Part shown: positions 1 through 22,940 of the stretch, in pieces
How positions within the stretch are numbered: the stretch's first letter is position 1
Layout: each line of letters begins with the position of its first letter
Source: the human T2T-CHM13v2.0 reference genome, Homo sapiens
Reading direction: 5' to 3' (one strand)
DNA length: 64,000 bases
Assembly (NCBI RefSeq): GCF_009914755.1
Contig: NC_060947.1
Made by a program: the position numbers and the translations under genes
Notes under the pieces: generated by a model
Seen by the model: the letters and a program-made list of their open reading frames with translations, nothing else
What the model was told of the DNA's origin: nothing
Database searches by the model: none

Positions 1-1502
1 TTGATTGTAGTAGAATTGGTACGTGTATGCCCATTTGTTACCATCCAAGCTGTTTAATTAACTATAATTTAGTGTGATTTATGTATATGTCAGAGCACTA
101 GATACCATGCTAAGAGATCGTAATTTTCACAGCCAAACAAGGCACAAATCTAGTGCATCTTTTCCCAATTTATCTGCAAATTTTCCCTCTTCCAATTTCT
201 ATTTAAATGAATTCTGTTTGGCTTTTTAAGTTTTCACAATGTTTATTCCTATAAGTAATTCTGATAGAATTTCTTCTCCTTTATTTCATGTTCTGATTAT
301 AGAAAGAATACTTGAATTTTTTTTTCTTTTTAATAAACATGGGGTCTCACTATGTTGCCGAGGCTGGTCGCAAATTCCTGGGCTCAAACAATTCTCCCAC
401 CTCGGCATCCCAACCTGCTGGGATTACAGGCCTGAGCCATCGCACCCAGCCAGAAATACTTGATTTTTTGAGGATATTTTGGAATTAGAGGAAGAAAATA
501 GATCACTTATAACCCTCTCACACAGAACAACAATATTTATTAATATTTCGATGTACTCATATTTTTTCTAAGCTTATACATAGGTTTTCTTCTACAAAAT
601 CGGTGTTACATTATATATAGTCTGTATTTTTTCTTTTCTCTTTCAGAATTATGAGCATTTCCTACATCTTAAAATTTTCATGAATATGATTTTTGTTGGT
701 GCATTGTATTAAATGCATATATGTAATAAGAATTTTCAGTGAGCATTTATGTGCATATCTTTTTTGCTGTCGATGTTATTTTTGAAGCTTAATATATATG
801 TGCTTAAGACTTATCCCCAATTAATACTCTATATAAACTTTAAACCTCTGGTAATACCTTTACTTTTTTAATTTTTTGTGAATATCTCAATCTTTGAAAA
901 GAAAGTGGTAGGAGAAACAGAAAAAGAAGAGAGAAAATGGAACTAGTGATAGGAGATAGCCATCAGGGCTGCAATAAATTGGGAGTTGTTACTAACCATC
1001 TGTGGCCTTGAATGAAGTTTGTAATAATAATGGCAAATTTGTAACAATTACATAAAAATATCTTGATTTGCTCTTTAAAAAGCATGTTATTTGGCATTAT
1101 CAAGAAAGTAAATGTCATGGCTGGCCGCAGTGGCTTATGCTTGTAATTCTAGCACTTTGGGAGGCCGAGGCAGGCAGATCACCTGAGGTCAGGAGTTCGA
1201 GACCAGCCTGGCCAACATGGCAAAACCCCGTCTCTACTAAAAATACAAAAATTAGCTGGGCATGGTGGTGTGCATCTGTAGTTCCAGCTACTCAGGAGGT
1301 GGAAGCAGGAGAATCACTTGAACCCAGGAGGTGGATGTTGCAGTGAGCCGAGATTGTGCCACTGTACTCCAGCCTGGGAGAAAAAGTGAGACCAAAAAAA
1401 AAAAAAAAAGAAAAAAAAGAAAAGAAAAGAAGCAAAAGGAAGAAAGAAAGAGAGAAAGAAAGAAAAGAATGTAAATGTCTATTATTAATACCTTGGTACT
1501 AA

Positions 1503-1748
<246 letters not shown>

Positions 1749-3443
1749 TAGAGGCAAATCTGGAAAGATAGTTTGGGGATGGTCCCAATTTAGATATTTA
1801 TTTTTCAAAGTTGTTAAGTATATTTAAAGTATTTTTATTAAGCATATATTTGAAAAAAGATTCAAAGAAAGTCATCATTATTTTGTAGCATCTGACAGTT
1901 AAATAAAGAAAACTTCAATTCGGCAAAAGATAAAGCACATAGTTTCAAAAAAAAGGAGTGCTTTTCTATTTGACCATAGACTTCAGACTAAAGGGTGATG
2001 AATCTGGTTATGAGCATGACTAAGTTTTCAAGAGAGTAAAAACACCATGGTGGACAATGGATCTCATTCTGTACCAAAGAAGTGATTGTGGGGTTTGCAA
2101 ATTAGGGAATAAAATAGAGAGAAAGAAAAGTCCCACAGCAGTCAGAGCCAACTTATCCATGAGACACAGTAGGTCTGGCACCTAGGGCCAATGATATTGC
2201 TAAGGTCCCATGGAAATGTCTTAATTTTATTTTCTTCTCACATCAGAAGAAAAAATTGAATATAACAGCAATGCATGTACAATGATGTATCTAGCTGGGT
2301 TATCCTTGGCTTTATACTGAAGCAATTGAAAACGAAATTTTTAATATTTAATATTTATCTTTGTTTGAGACAGGGTCTCACTCTGTCACCTAGGCTAGAA
2401 TGCCATGGTGTGATCATGGCTCACTGCAGCCTCTACCTCCCTGGGCTCAGGTTTTTCTCCCACCTCAGCCTCCTGAGTACCTGGGACTACAGGCATGTAC
2501 CACTGCGCCTAGCTAATTTTTGTATTTTTAGTAGAGATGGAGTTTTGCCATGTTGCCCAAGCTGGTCTTGAACTCCTGGGCTCAAGCTATCTGCCCGCCT
2601 CAGCCTCCCAAAGTGCTAGGATTACAGGCATAAGCCACCACGCCCAGCCAATATTTAACATTTCTTATGGAGGAAGGAGCCTAGGAAAGCAAAAATGCCT
2701 AAGGTTTTCAAAAGTCATGATGCAGTCCTAACGGCAGAGGGGTCTCTACATTCATTTACAACAGTCTTCTGAGCATCAGCTGTTGCCTGATGTGCCTAAT
2801 GAGAAAGTCCCGTGAATGGCTGTCTGAGCTGTGTGTGAAGCTATTTGCCATCTGCTGAACAGGCTCTTGAGCCTCAGTCTGAGAATAGATCCTAGCCCTG
2901 CTCAAGCCCAGCCAGCAAGCTTTCTTGCCTCGGCAACTAGGAGACCAAAAGGAAAGGGGGTCAGCACTCAGTTGCTATATCTTGATGTTTCACCCTAGTT
3001 TTGGTCTTCCCTCAGGCAGAAGCCAAAAATGTAAGTGCCTAGGAGAGATGCTTTAGTTTCCTCCTGGCAGACACATCCTCAGTATTTCCCTGTTAGAAAT
3101 CAACAACCAAAAAGCTGGTGCTTTGGCCAAAGGGCAAAACAAGCATCAAGAATGCTAAGATATCAGTGTCACTCTCACTCTTCATGGTAGTTTTTAAAAC
3201 TCAAATGTCATTGAATCCAGTTCCTTCATTTTATCAAAAAGAAGACTGAAGTCCAAAGGGGAAGATGACTTGCCTAAGGTCATAATCCAGATTGATATCA
3301 TAGCCAGGAACAGGGCCTACTTTCCCTCTAAGAGCAAATAATATCTTCATCCAGTACCAACTTTTGCATTTTTAATATTGGGGTAATACTGTTAATTTCC
3401 AAAGATGATTTCTGCTCTGTGGCATATAATCATATTTTGACAG

Positions 3444-3678
3444 ATCAAGATATTCTACGAAAACTGGAGAAGGAAAAGATTCTTGTCTTCACACCATCCC
3501 GAAGAGTCCAAGGCAGGAGGGTTGTCTGCTATGATGACCGGTTCATAGTCAAACTGGCTTTTGATTCTGATGGCATCATTGTGTCCAATGATAACTACCG
3601 AGACCTTCAAGTTGAAAAGCCAGAATGGAAGAAGTTTATAGAGGAGCGGTTGCTGATGTATTCTTTTGTGAATGACAA
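3444..3678 (+). CDS. ZC3H12B: ZC3H12B coding exon with PIN catalytic motifs VCYDDRF and SNDNYRD
   Basis: tgacag| acceptor and AA|gtgcgt donor; 235 nt; phase matches both neighbours; lies within ORF 3419-3697. Confidence 0.96.
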
Positions 3679-4327
3679 GTGCGTTTCTTTCCAGTAGGCC
3701 TATATCCAAGTTATCAGTAAGAATAGATTACATTTTAATAAACATTTACCAAACACTTACTGTGTATCATACATTTTGCTAGTTGCCACACAGATAAAAG
3801 GATGAATAAGGAAAAGGACTCACCCTTAAGAGACTCAAAGTGTAGTAGAGGAGCGAAAGAGACAACCACAATGTTTTGTTATAAGAGCTACAGTTAAAAT
3901 TTGTTTTTTAAAAATTGCTTTGTCTATGTGAAGTAATAGAAAAAGGCATCCCAGAGGAGATGACATTTCAGATCAAGTTTACAGATGGAGGAAAGGGGGC
4001 TGCTAGGCATGAGGTGAGGGGGACATCATGAATAAAGTTATGAAGGTGTGAAAGTGGGTAGCATGTTGGGGGAACCAGCAGACATGCCAGTACGGCTCAA
4101 ACATGTAGTTCATGGAATAATGATGAACAGGGAAAATCATCCTTTCTATGTGATAAAGTGGCAACAAAGGGAAGAACTGCTAGATTAGCAGAGGATAGAC
4201 TTGAGGCAGGAAGGGCAATTAGAAGGCTGTGACAACAGTACAGGCAAGAGGTAATGAAAATCTGAACTCCTAGTAAGGAGTAGGGGACAGAAAGGAAGAC
4301 AGTCACCTCTTGCTTACTTGCTTTCAG

Positions 4328-4434
4328 ATTTATGCCTCCAGATGATCCATTAGGACGCCACGGCCCAAGCCTTGAAAATTTCTTAAGAAAGAGACCCATT
4401 GTTCCTGAGCATAAGAAGCAACCATGTCCTTATG
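4328..4434 (+). CDS. ZC3H12B: ZC3H12B coding exon ([22 protein letters not shown]...QPCPYG)
   Basis: tttcag| acceptor and TATG|gtgagt donor; 107 nt; conserved Regnase [13 protein letters not shown] motif; first Cys of the CCCH finger. Confidence 0.96.
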
Positions 4435-4849
4435 GTGAGTACCTACATACAAAACTGAGTTCTGTACCACCGGAAACATAAGGATTCTGTGAACACTTTT
4501 CTCTTCCAGGTTTCCCTTTCAAATGGGAAATCCTGGCTTGTCCACTGTCTTTGAGTTAAAGTTTGTGTCTTCGTGTACACTGTTAGGTATTTAAAGAAAA
4601 ATCTTAGAAACTGAATGAGGAAAAGGTAGCTAGAATTGAAGGGAAGACTAGTTGTCACTTGTGACAATAGTACATGTGTTCTACCTGCCTAAGTCCTGAA
4701 CTATGTTGCTGGAAGCAGGGAAATGAAGAAATCTATATGGCCTGTGGAAGTAGAAAGGGCAATACCAAACTGAGTTTGGCCCCAAGATGAACATGTGTCT
4801 CAGGCAGGTGACTGCACCCTCTTTCAATTAATACTAACCTTTCCTTTAG

Positions 4850-5020
<171 letters not shown>

Positions 5021-5057
5021 TGATGCCAAGCCCAGCTAATTTTTGTATTTTTAGTAG

Positions 5058-5270
<213 letters not shown>

Positions 5271-6233
5271 TAACATTGCGACATGGGCTGCTTGATCTGA
5301 GGCTACTTTGAATGTCTGTTTTTTTGGATGATCATTTGTTTTGTGGGGTGTTTTGGTTTTTGTCCTCAATTAATCTTTAAGTCACACAGTATTTTCATAT
5401 TCATTATCTCATTTAATCTTTACAATGACCCTATAATATAGGCATGATGATGAACTTTGGTTACAGAAGAGGAAAATGAAGCTCACAAAATAAAGTCACT
5501 TACCAAGGTCACACAGCTAGTAAGGGACATAGCTGGAATTGAAATTCAGATCTGACTGGACTCCAAACCTGTGCTCTTTGCATTGCACTATGCTGCTTTC
5601 TGTTACTCTATGCTGCTTCAGCATGCAGATTATGCCTAGGCAAAGTTGTACATTATCGAAAAATTAAAACTGCTCAGCTTTAGCTTTTTTTTTTTTTTTT
5701 TTTTTTTTGAGACAGGGTCTTGCTCTTGCTCTGTCACCTGGGCTGGAGATCAGTGGCATGATCACGGCTCACTGCAGCCTTGACCTTCCAGGCTCAAGAA
5801 TTCTCCCACCTCAGGCTCCTGAGTAGCTGGGACTGCAGACGTGCACCACCATGCCCAGCTAATTTTGTTTGTATTTTTCTTTACAGACGGGGTTTCACAA
5901 TGTTGCCCAAGCTGGTCTCGAACTCCTGGGCTAAAGTGATTCACCCACCTCAGCCTCCCAAACTGCTGGGACTACAGACAGGAGTCACCACATCCAGCCA
6001 GCTCTTAGCTTTTATGCTGCAATTTTCTCCATAGCTTTCCACTTTCTCTCTCCCATCACAGTGTATGATGCCTCCTTGGTGTTGTCTGTCTCTCATCTTT
6101 GTGGACAGTTAATTTTCTGCCTTTACCCCAAACAGTAAAACCCTAACCTGAGTGACCAGATTGTTACAACAGTTTTTGGCACAGAGGGTTCCATCACTGA
6201 GAGAGAGTCTTACCCCAAGGCATTATTTTTCAG

Positions 6234-7654
6234 GCAAAAAATGCACCTACGGCCACAAGTGCAAATACTACCATCCGGAGCGGGCCAACCAACCCCAGCG
6301 TTCGGTGGCTGATGAGCTCCGCATCAGTGCCAAACTGTCCACAGTGAAAACTATGAGTGAAGGCACCCTGGCCAAGTGTGGCACAGGGATGTCTAGTGCC
6401 AAAGGTGAGATAACCTCAGAGGTCAAACGTGTGGCCCCCAAGCGCCAATCAGATCCCAGCATCCGGTCTGTGGCTATGGAGCCTGAGGAATGGCTGTCCA
6501 TTGCCCGTAAGCCTGAGGCTAGTTCTGTCCCCTCGCTTGTGACTGCCCTAAGTGTTCCCACAATCCCACCCCCCAAAAGCCATGCAGTGGGTGCACTCAA
6601 CACCCGTTCGGCCAGCAGCCCAGTGCCAGGATCCTCCCATTTCCCCCACCAGAAGGCCTCTTTGGAGCATATGGCCAGCATGCAGTATCCTCCCATCTTG
6701 GTTACCAACAGCCATGGGACCCCTATTAGCTATGCTGAGCAATACCCAAAGTTTGAATCCATGGGGGACCATGGCTACTATTCAATGTTAGGTGACTTCT
6801 CCAAACTGAACATCAACAGCATGCATAACCGAGAGTATTACATGGCTGAAGTAGACCGGGGGGTGTATGCCCGGAATCCTAACCTCTGTTCTGACAGCCG
6901 TGTGAGCCATACCAGGAATGACAACTATTCCTCTTACAACAACGTGTATTTGGCTGTAGCTGATACCCATCCTGAAGGCAATTTGAAGCTGCACCGCTCA
7001 GCATCCCAGAACCGACTTCAGCCTTTTCCTCATGGTTACCATGAAGCCTTAACACGAGTGCAGAGCTATGGCCCAGAGGATTCTAAGCAAGGCCCCCACA
7101 AACAGTCAGTCCCCCACTTAGCTCTGCATGCCCAGCACCCATCAACTGGAACACGTTCCAGCTGTCCTGCAGACTACCCCATGCCTCCCAATATCCATCC
7201 TGGGGCAACCCCCCAGCCAGGCCGTGCCCTGGTGATGACTCGGATGGATAGCATTTCCGACTCCCGCCTCTATGAGAGCAACCCCGTGAGGCAAAGACGA
7301 CCTCCCCTGTGCCGGGAACAGCATGCCAGCTGGGACCCGCTGCCCTGTACAACTGACTCCTATGGCTACCACTCCTATCCCTTGAGTAACAGCCTCATGC
7401 AACCATGTTATGAGCCAGTCATGGTACGGAGCGTGCCTGAAAAGATGGAGCAGCTTTGGAGGAATCCTTGGGTTGGAATGTGCAATGATTCCAGGGAGCA
7501 TATGATCCCAGAACACCAGTATCAGACCTACAAGAACCTCTGCAATATTTTCCCTTCTAACATCGTCCTTGCAGTGATGGAGAAGAATCCCCACACAGCA
7601 GATGCCCAGCAACTGGCAGCCTTGATTGTTGCTAAGCTTAGGGCTGCACGTTGA
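6234..7654 (+). CDS. ZC3H12B: ZC3H12B terminal coding exon (rest of CCCH finger, low-complexity linker, Regnase C-terminal domain)
   Basis: tttttcag| acceptor at 6233; completes [17 protein letters not shown]; ends [19 protein letters not shown]...LRAAR then TGA at 7652-7654. Confidence 0.96.
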
Positions 7655-12335
<4,681 letters not shown>

Positions 12336-12371
12336 ATGGCTCTGTTTCTTTAAGAATACCAACAACAATGG

Positions 12372-15784
<3,413 letters not shown>

Positions 15785-17038
15785 TCATATATGATTCCAA
15801 TACATAAGAATCTGGTGAAGTGCTGGATGGGAACCCAGAGCTTATGGCACCTATCTCCCCACAGAGCAGGCACTGGAGTACCTCCCGGAGTACACATCTG
15901 CAAATCCCTTCACTAGATGTGGCCTATATGTTCTTTGAGGACTCTTCCAGCTCTGCCATTCCAAGATGCCAACAGACTTCTAGCATTTTGCCATTGTGAG
16001 GGGACAGGGAAGAGCTGGAAGGAAACTGATGTTGCACAAGACTGCTTTGCCCATGCCTAATGCTTGGATCATACACAGGAAAGATCTTAACACTGCTGGG
16101 CTGTTGGACTAATGGATCCCTTTGACAACTTGATAAAAGCTAGAAAAATGATTATACGTATACCCACAATGATACTTAGTATATCCTTTCAAGTGTTGTA
16201 GACACTCTAGGGGTCCTAATCCAAGTTAAAACTCTTGACTGGGCTCTAGCACGGCACTTTTACCAAATTCCTCTTTGGCATTTTCTTAGCATAAGCTCTC
16301 TCCGTCATTTCTTGGTGCGGCCGTTTACAGAAATCCCTTAAGGCACCTAGCAGAGGCATCAGGTTATCATTTGGTCCTTCCTCACCAGGCTGAAGGCTCT
16401 AAGGAATGAAAACATGGTTTATTCATCCCTATCTCTTGGTAGCTCAGGGCTGACATGGGGTAGGCACTCTAAGGTGAGGTGAGTTTCTGAGGGGATTTGG
16501 TGAGCACAGAGAAGGGGCTCTGGATCAGTCCCTAAGATGTTTCTCTGGCTCTAATGCACACCACAGGGAAGCCCACTCTCATCTTTTCTAGGCCAAAAGA
16601 GTGCAGAAGTGACAAAGAAAATATTCTCTCTGGCTTTCAACTGCTGTTTGGTGCATAGTGAGGGCAGGTGTGGAGAACAGCAGGAAGCCTGCTGGGTAGC
16701 AGCAAGGTGGCCTGGCTCTTCCCGCTGTCAGGGAGGCTCTAAGCAAACCACCTGGCCACTCGCTAGGCTCTGTAGCCAGCAATGCCTCTGGAGCCTGATG
16801 CTTCCAAGTGAGCTGGCCTCATACTACAGCTGAGAACAGAAATGGTTTGAGGAGTCCGGAATAAGATATGGGTGGAGCCTGGTTATAGGAGCAATCAAAG
16901 CCAGAGGCCCAAAGGACCTCAGGACCTAGCTCCTGGTCAAAGCCTTGTCTGGAGCCTCCACAGATAAGGGAAAACTATACTGGTCTGCCCCAGCACCCAC
17001 CCTCTTCATCTCACAAACACCAAAACTACAGTTGCCTG

Positions 17039-17044
17039 TTTATT
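17039..17044 (-). terminator. LAS1L: LAS1L polyadenylation signal AATAAA
   Basis: TTTATT on +, about 175 nt past the stop codon, followed on - by a GU/U-rich downstream element. Confidence 0.85.
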
Positions 17045-17219
17045 ATTTTTCAAAACAAAACAAAAACAAAAGACATTCAAAATTCCCCTGTGGTGGACAA
17101 CTGAGTTGATGTGGCTGATCCAGGCTGTCTCCCAGGTTGTCTCAGGGAGCATCAGTTGTACTAGGGGGTGGGCTGTTGCCCTGGCACGGCTGGATGAACA
17201 CTTGCACCAGGGATGGCCA

Positions 17220-17369
<150 letters not shown>

Positions 17370-18976
17370 TCAGGGAAGGAGGCAGCTTTAGGCTCTGGAG
17401 GGGCCAAGAGTGCTTGACATGTGTGTATCTGTGGGATGGGCCCACTCTCCTGCCTGGCTTTACAAAGAGACTGGAGCAAATCCGAGAAACGACTTCGTGT
17501 GGGCCCCAGGGTTGACTTGGCCCTCTCCTCAGTTGAGGAAGGGAGGGAAGGAGGCAAGAACTTTTCAAATGAAGTTTTATGCAGAGCCCTAGTAGATAAA
17601 CCAGATTAAAGCAGAGCTGTTTGGGTTGAGGTAGGGGAGGGGGCCCCACATAACCTGACTCCCAAGACATTGAAAGTAGCTGCCTTAACAGGACATCCTT
17701 TCAAGGCCTTAGAGCTTGGGGGCCTGGATCCCTCCCACACCCAACACCTGGTTAAGGGGCCCAAGGCCAGGCTTGGGCTATAAGACTAGGCCCACGATTG
17801 CAAGATTGCTTTAGGGAGGGTGGCTCTGCCCTCCTTCTCCCTGGCCCTGCTCATAACACTCTTGCTTCCCCTGCTTCCCGCAAGTCAAGGTCCTTCCAGC
17901 TGGGTGAGGGTGACAGCTGAGAGCAAAGCCATCACCCTACCCTCAGGCAGATCCATGGTTACACTACTGCAGCTGAAAGAACCCTTACGGATAATCTAGT
18001 TCCACCACCTCCCATCACCCACAATCTTACAGACAAGTTAACTGAGGCCCAGAGATGGGAATGGACTTTCCCAAGGCCACATAGCCAAGTCAGGGGTGGA
18101 GCTGAGACAAGAAGCAGGGGTGGGCATGCCCCTCCACAGCAAAGGAAACGTCCCTACTACAGTGGGTGTGGGAGCTGGGCTGAATCAGCTTCCTTCTTGA
18201 CTGAACAGCTCCAGCTGCCCACACTTCACCCTTGCTATCCATGGTACTCAATAAGCCATCCTTACCCAGGGCCAGGCTGGTTGGGAAGGAGGGGTAAGGG
18301 CACCTCTCTCAGACATGTGAATCCCACTCCCAACTACAGATCTCCTGGCTTCCCCAGCTGCCACCTCTCTTCTCCAAGAGGCCTGCTGGCCCATGGCCTT
18401 GGACAGAGTCCATGGCATTGCCTTGGGTCTGGCCTGCTTCTGGGGCCCCTGGATTCTATAGCCCTTTCCCAGAATGCCCAGATGAAGAGGGGTTCATCTC
18501 CCAGGGAGTGGGCAGGCAGCAAAGGGAAAGACTTAGTTTCAGGGGCCCGCAGGGGTTCCTCTCTAGTACTCACAGGATTATCTGGTCAGAATGGCCCAGC
18601 ATTCTGGAATGTACAGGCCCTTTGGATGGGCTCCTTTGTGTTACTAGCATAGCCCCTCAGCAAGGGCTGCTTGGTTCCTGGCTCCCTGGTGACCCAAGGG
18701 CTCCCACGCCTGTGATCCAGAGGCGAGTTTTGAGGGAGAGCATGAAGCCCCGTGCAGGCCTTGCTACCAAGGTGCCTGGACAGTGTGGGGAGGCCTACTG
18801 ATTACTCTATGCACCATTAGACAAATCCCTTCCCCTTTCTGGGCCTCAGTTTTCTCCTCAGTAACGTGAAAAAGCTGGATGAGAGCATCTATTTTTGACT
18901 TTTTAGGAGTGGTGGACCAGTTAGAGAATCTGCTGAAAGCTATGGACCCTTCTCCTCCCAAAATGTGTGTGTGTGC

Positions 18977-18979
<3 letters not shown>

Positions 18980-19010
<31 letters not shown>
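18980..19010. repeat. (CA)n microsatellite
   Basis: Seen directly. Confidence 0.95.
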
Positions 19011-19013
<3 letters not shown>

Positions 19014-19264
19014 CATCCATAAGCACAAACTGAATGCAATCTGAGAGGGATGCCAAGCCCAGCTGTGTGTGGCTACTTCACTGGCTCCCCACACTAGGGA
19101 CAGGGAGAGCTGGCAAGGGCCCAGCCAGGGACTGGGGCTTACACTTCACTCATTTAGGCCCTGACTGGGGACAGCTACCTCCCCCACCCACCTCACCTTG
19201 TCTTCTCTCCCTCCCACAGGTGGCAGAGAAAGGGGGTGAGAAATCCTGTTGCCATGGGCACTCA

Positions 19265-19510
<246 letters not shown>

Positions 19511-21076
19511 TTAGCACAGGTGGGCTCTCTCAGGATCTCCAGCTTCACTGCTCTCGGTATCACTTCTCATGAGCCCCTCTCCACCAGAGTGCTTCACCAC
19601 ACATTCTTTATGGTCCTTCTCCCCCTCTATGTGCTTACATATACAAGTATACAACTACAGACATTTTTGTCCCTCTTTGCTCTTTTCCTACTTCCCCAGG
19701 CATGTTCCACACGGACACAAACAACAACTTCTGACCAGGCTGTATCACTGCTTCAACTTTTCATCTTCACCCCTATTTCCCTGTCTGTAGACACACACAC
19801 AGGGACACATCATGGAGGGTCTGGATGTCCCAGAATTCCCAAAGCACCTCCCCCTCAAACCCCAAACCCACCAGTACCTCAGAGTAGCTGAATGACCTAG
19901 ATTTCCTACAAATCTACACACACACTCCCCTGCCTGTTTGAATACCACATATTTTCTTAATGCAGAGATACACACACACCCCCATGCCCAACTCAGGGTG
20001 GACTCCCTGAGATAGTATGTTCCCCTGCCCCCTGCAGTTCTTGCCCCAAGATGCACAAGGTACACCCCTTTTCTAGGGAACGGCTGTCTCACCACACATC
20101 CCACCCCTCACAGCCACCCAAATATGTATACAGAAGCACACATACACAAGTCCTTCACTCAGTGACTGTCCTGTTCACTCCCTGCCTCCCACACCCCTCA
20201 TTCACTGGCATACAACCAGCAATCTTCCTGTCCCTACCTCCCCACACATGTGTACACACATAAGGAGCAATGGCAAAGGAGAAAGGGAAAGAGTTAATGT
20301 TCTAGACTTTCCACATTCACAACTCACATCCCCCCATATACAGATGCTCCACTTTAGAATGGGGATGCCGGACATCCCCCATCCCTCTCTGTCGTATCAC
20401 TGAGACGCCTACCACACAGTATTATATTAAATGTCCCTCCCCATCCTTCCACAAGTGCATTCAGTGTTTTCAAATGAAGCCTTCACTGGTGCATTCCATG
20501 TAGATTCCATTTCTGGCCTTCTGCATCTCCCTGGTACTCAAAGAATTCTCCCTGTCATAATGCCCCTGGCATTCTATAATGTGTCAACCCTGGACCAGCT
20601 TTTTATGTAACCCAGAGCTCCTCAGGAAGGACTGTTCCTCTACTTGTCCATCCCCCTCCCCTGGCTCTCTTACTGGAAGTTGTGCCTGTCTTAATGTCCT
20701 GCATTACTCCATGATACAGAGACACCTTCGTGCACAGGGGCCACTACCTACATAGGCTCTGTCACTGACCCGATCATCTCTCTGTCATCACTAATATCGC
20801 CAATGCTGTCTACATCACTACCCCTGCCTCTTTAGCCTGATACCCTTGTACATGTCCCCAGTGACGGCGTGAACATACAGGCCATCTCTGGATGGCTATA
20901 TCTCACTGCCTGTTCCCACTACCCCTCCATAGCCACCAACCTCAATGCTATCACTTCTCTCTCACACAGATTACCTATTAGCCCTCATGGATTTCAGCAA
21001 CCCTGCCTCCTCTTCACAAAGCTGTACGACAGCCTGCTTGGCCATGACTTAACTGCCCCTACTTTTCCCTTTTTCC

Positions 21077-21079
<3 letters not shown>

Positions 21080-21122
<43 letters not shown>
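21080..21122. repeat. (CA)n microsatellite
   Basis: Seen directly. Confidence 0.95.
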
Positions 21123-21124
<2 letters not shown>

Positions 21125-21661
21125 TTCTGCTTATGTCAATGCCCCTCCCTTTCAATATTTACAAAGAACCCCCAACACAGCCCTCCTTGCCCTAAGTTAT
21201 TTGTCACTGGGCTATGGTTTGACCAGCAGGTACAGGAACATGCCCATACACACACACACAGAGAGACAGACTTTATGTTTTATGTTCCAGCCCTTCCACC
21301 CTGTCCATACAAGGACAAACAAAGGCCATAGTATCTTTCTCTATAAACTCATTCACTGCCTCCCCTCTCACTCTCTGCCACTGCACACCCCACATCACGC
21401 AGGCCCAGCTGTTCTCCCTCCCTCCCCAGGCTTCAGCACACAGACACCACACTGTTCTGTCATCCCTTCTGTGTGTTCCGGCCTCCGAGGTTCCTGTTCA
21501 TTAACCTAAGCAAGGGTACTCAAAAGGAAGAGCAGATCCCTATCACTAACCCTCCCTGCAGCCTCTTCCTAGCTTTGGCCTCACTAATTTGTGTGCTCAC
21601 CTAAAAATCACAGCATTCCTTATTCTGTCTTGTGATCTCACTTCCTGTTTCTCTGACTTAA

Positions 21662-21994
<333 letters not shown>

Positions 21995-22343
21995 CCTAGG
22001 TTCCTTCTTTCTAATACACACATCAAAATCTTGTCTCACCACCAGCCAGCCTCAAGGCACACACACACATACACAGAAAGCACTGTCTCACTGCAAGTGA
22101 AAAACACGTGCAGAACCATATATGTACACACTCCCTACTTCTTGCTATCTTCTGCCTCTATGTTACTGCCCAGGGCTCACACCCATGTCATCCTCTCAGA
22201 ATGTGCTCTTATGTGAGGTAGCCAGCAGCCTGACAGTGGTCCCTGGCACTCACAGGCTCCATCCTAAGAGGTGGGAGAAGCCAGCTGTCATCTATGCACC
22301 AGGCTGCCTTCCAGGCTTGCCTCACATTGGCTACCTCCTGCTA

Positions 22344-22940
<597 letters not shown>

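Noticed and set aside
6152-6233. N-terminal 27 aa of the 500-aa ORF
   Set aside because: Intronic; the exon begins at the acceptor before 6234.
7247-7264. DSISDS as a Regnase-1-like beta-TrCP degron
   Set aside because: Lacks the Gly of DSGxxS; not supportable from sequence alone.
17450-17610. Several short inverted repeats in LAS1L intron 13
   Set aside because: No snoRNA boxes or coherent fold found by eye.
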